The position numbers were made by a program, and so were the translations under genes. 35,443 nucleotides of DNA from Octopus bimaculoides. Taxonomy: Eukaryota. Positions 33,437 through 35,443 of this stretch are shown piece by piece; positions within the stretch are counted from its first letter, which is position 1, and the number at the start of each line of letters is the position of its first letter. The notes under the pieces were generated by a model, which worked only from the letters and a program-made list of their open reading frames with translations, had not been told where the DNA came from and made no database searches. The DNA lies in contig NC_068988.1 of assembly GCF_001194135.2 (NCBI RefSeq), positions 8,145,335-8,180,777 of the forward strand. Direction: 5' to 3'.

Positions 33437-33739
33437 CGAAGTCTGATCAATAAATATCCGGACTGTTGCTATAGTAACGAAGCTAAAGCAGGCAGAGCGA
33501 ACCCACTTGGCACAAATTGATTTTGAACTCTGCAGTGCATGCGCACTAGGTTTTAACGTTCTAGCTCACTTCCGCTGTTTACAGCAATGCTTGGAAGGAA
33601 GGTGTGCAGCGTGTGATCGTCAAAGCTTAGTGCGCACGCACAGCAGAGTTTAAGATCAATGTGTGCCAAGCGGCTTTACTCTGCCTCCTTGAGTTTCGTT
33701 ACTATGTCAACAACCCGGATACTTATCAATCAGGCTACG
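33437..33739. mobile_element. mariner-type MITE (303 bp, about 115-bp inverted arms, TA TSD)
   Basis: TA|CGAAGTCTGATCAATAAATATCCGG ... CCGGATACTTATCAATCAGGCTACG|TA; arms pair inward to gtgcatgcgcactag / cttagtgcgcacgcac. Confidence 0.85.
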
Positions 33740-34546
33740 TATTTTCGTTTTAGTGAGAACTTGTTGTTATATCGAGATGACAACAGACGGTCAAAACGTT
33801 AGCTTTCTGAAAGTAGGGTTCGAAGTGCTTACATCGCAATTATATCTGGACAGGATGCAGAGATATACACTGCCCTAACCACTGGGCCATTGCACCTCCA
33901 CTATATATATATATATATATATNNNNNNNNNNNNNNNNNNNNNNNNNNNNNNNNNNNNNNNNNNNNNNNNNNNNNNNNNNNNNNNNNNNNNNNNNNNNNN
34001 NNNNNNNNNNNNNNNNNNNNNNNNNNNNNNNNNNNNNNNNNNNNNNNNNNNNNNNNNNNNNNNNNNNNNNNNNNNNNNNNNNNNNNNNNNNNNNNNNNNN
34101 NNNNNNNNNNNNNNNNNNNNNNNNNNNNNNNNNNNNNNNNNNNNNNNNNNNNNNNNNNNNNNNNNNNNNNNNNNNNNNNNNNNNNNNNNNNNNNNNNNNN
34201 NNNNNNNNNNNNNNNNNNNNNNNNNNNNNNNNNNNNNNNNNNNNNNNNNNNNNNNNNNNNNNNNNNNNNNNNNNNNNNNNNNNNNNNNNNNNNNNNNNNN
34301 NNNNNNNNNNNNNNNNNNNNNNNNNNNNNNNNNNNNNNNNNNNNNNNNNNNNNNNNNNNNNNNNNNNNNNNNNNNNNNNNNNNNNNNNNNNNNNNNNNNN
34401 NNNNNNNNNNNNNNNNNNNNNNNNNNNNNNNNNNNNNNNNNNNNNNNNNNNNNNNNNNNNNNNNNNNNNNNNNNNNNNNNNNNNNNNNNNNNNNNNNNNN
34501 NNNNNNNNNNNNNNNNNNNNNNNNNNNNNNNNNNNNNNNNNNNNNN

Positions 34547-34781
34547 NTAGCAACGTGATATCCGGGACTTTGCTATCGTGCGAGTTATGCGCGATGCAGA
34601 GTGCTGGACGGTCGACAGGCTTTTGCGTGCTAAGGTGAATTTTCTTGCCAAGCCTAAGGTTAGAGCAAAGAATGTCAAGTTACCTAAACGGATCGATGTC
34701 AGTAAATTTAAGATTCCGTCAGTACACGCTGCTTCTGTGAATGTGATGAGTTGTTCGTGTGATGGAAGCTGGAATTCGTTC

Positions 34782-34815
<34 letters not shown>

Positions 34816-35388
34816 TCTATGAGGTTTGTAGTAACATTCTTAGTTTTGTCGTGTAAAAGCACCAGGATTGGTTTGACGATAATGATAACGAAATCGGTTT
34901 TATTTTGAAGGAGAAGCGAAAGGCATTCAACATATTGCTAAATGCTGACTTTTCAACGAACAGAACAGCAGTTACACATTTAAAGGCAGTAAAAGCAACG
35001 GCGCAGAGGAAGCTAAGGATGGCGCAGGAAAATTGGTAGAATGATAGATGTGATGAAATCCAAGAAGTTTCAAATGCCAACAATTCAAAACTCTTGAAAA
35101 AAGTCTACGGTCCAACTTCATCAACGGCTGCTCCACTTCGTAGCAAAGATGGCACAGAATTATTAAGAATTCCTATAGATATTGTTGGGAGTTGGAAAGA
35201 GACACTTTGATGAGTTGCTCAATAGACCGACCGAAGTTGATTTCCCTGTTCTTGATAATATACCTGAAAGACCAACAAAAGATCTCTTAGCAGAGGTTCT
35301 GAATCTGGCTGAAATAAAAGTGGCGATCAGGAAATTGAACATTGAAAAGGCCCCAGGTATTGATGGACAAGATGCAGAGATATACACT
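34547..35388 (+). mobile_element. RTE-clade (BovB-like) LINE remnant, from the end of the endonuclease through the linker to the start of RT
   Basis: RVMRDAECWTVDRLLRAK, KHQDWFDDNDNEI, KKVYGPTSSTAAPLRSKDG, WK..FDELLNRP and KAPGIDGQDAEIY resemble BovB-type RVMPSADCWTDHRL, HQDWFDEND.EI, VYGP.S.G..PL...DG and KAPG.DGIPAEIY; (GA)n insertion at about 34780-34815; stops and frameshifts. Confidence 0.88.
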
Positions 35389-35418
35389 GCCCTAACCACT
35401 GGGCCATTGCGCCTCCAC
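35389..35418 (-). mobile_element. First 30 bp of the SINE family C head truncating the RTE remnant; the same junction recurs at 33847-33922
   Basis: Reverse complement ggaggcgcaatggcccagtggttagggcag. Confidence 0.8.
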
Positions 35419-35443
35419 TATATATATATATATATATATATAT

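Noticed and set aside
1-35443. Long ORFs in the supplied track (for example 31054-32988, 25692-26849, 23200-24183, 29069-29719)
   Set aside because: They are translations of microsatellites, CT tracts or N runs (poly-X, CVCV, HTHT, poly-S/V), not evidence of coding.

Overview
Eukaryotic, AT-rich, microsatellite-saturated draft scaffold with many N gaps. The SINE and transposon repertoire looks like an octopus genome (inference, possibly Octopus bimaculoides). No rRNA, intact tRNA, CRISPR array or prokaryotic system is visible, and almost every ORF in the supplied track is a microsatellite or N-run artefact. The window is mostly nested transposon debris: several tRNA-derived SINE families (three copies with clear target-site duplications); R4/Dong-, RTE/BovB-, CR1/L2- and Penelope-like retroelement remnants; mariner, maT, Tc2/pogo and hAT remnants; and several foldback/MITE elements. 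Four short minus-strand segments with canonical splice sites join in frame and may be exons of an unidentified gene with a transmembrane segment (low to moderate confidence). Best leads: (1) a tRNA-headed SINE whose tail folds as a type I hammerhead ribozyme (21745-22030); (2) a 17-copy 13-bp minisatellite grown out of the catalytic HQDNA codons of a mariner transposase (28278-28498); (3) the candidate exon chain; (4) several long hairpins that could be dsRNA/ADAR substrates. All family assignments come from recalled motifs, not database searches.
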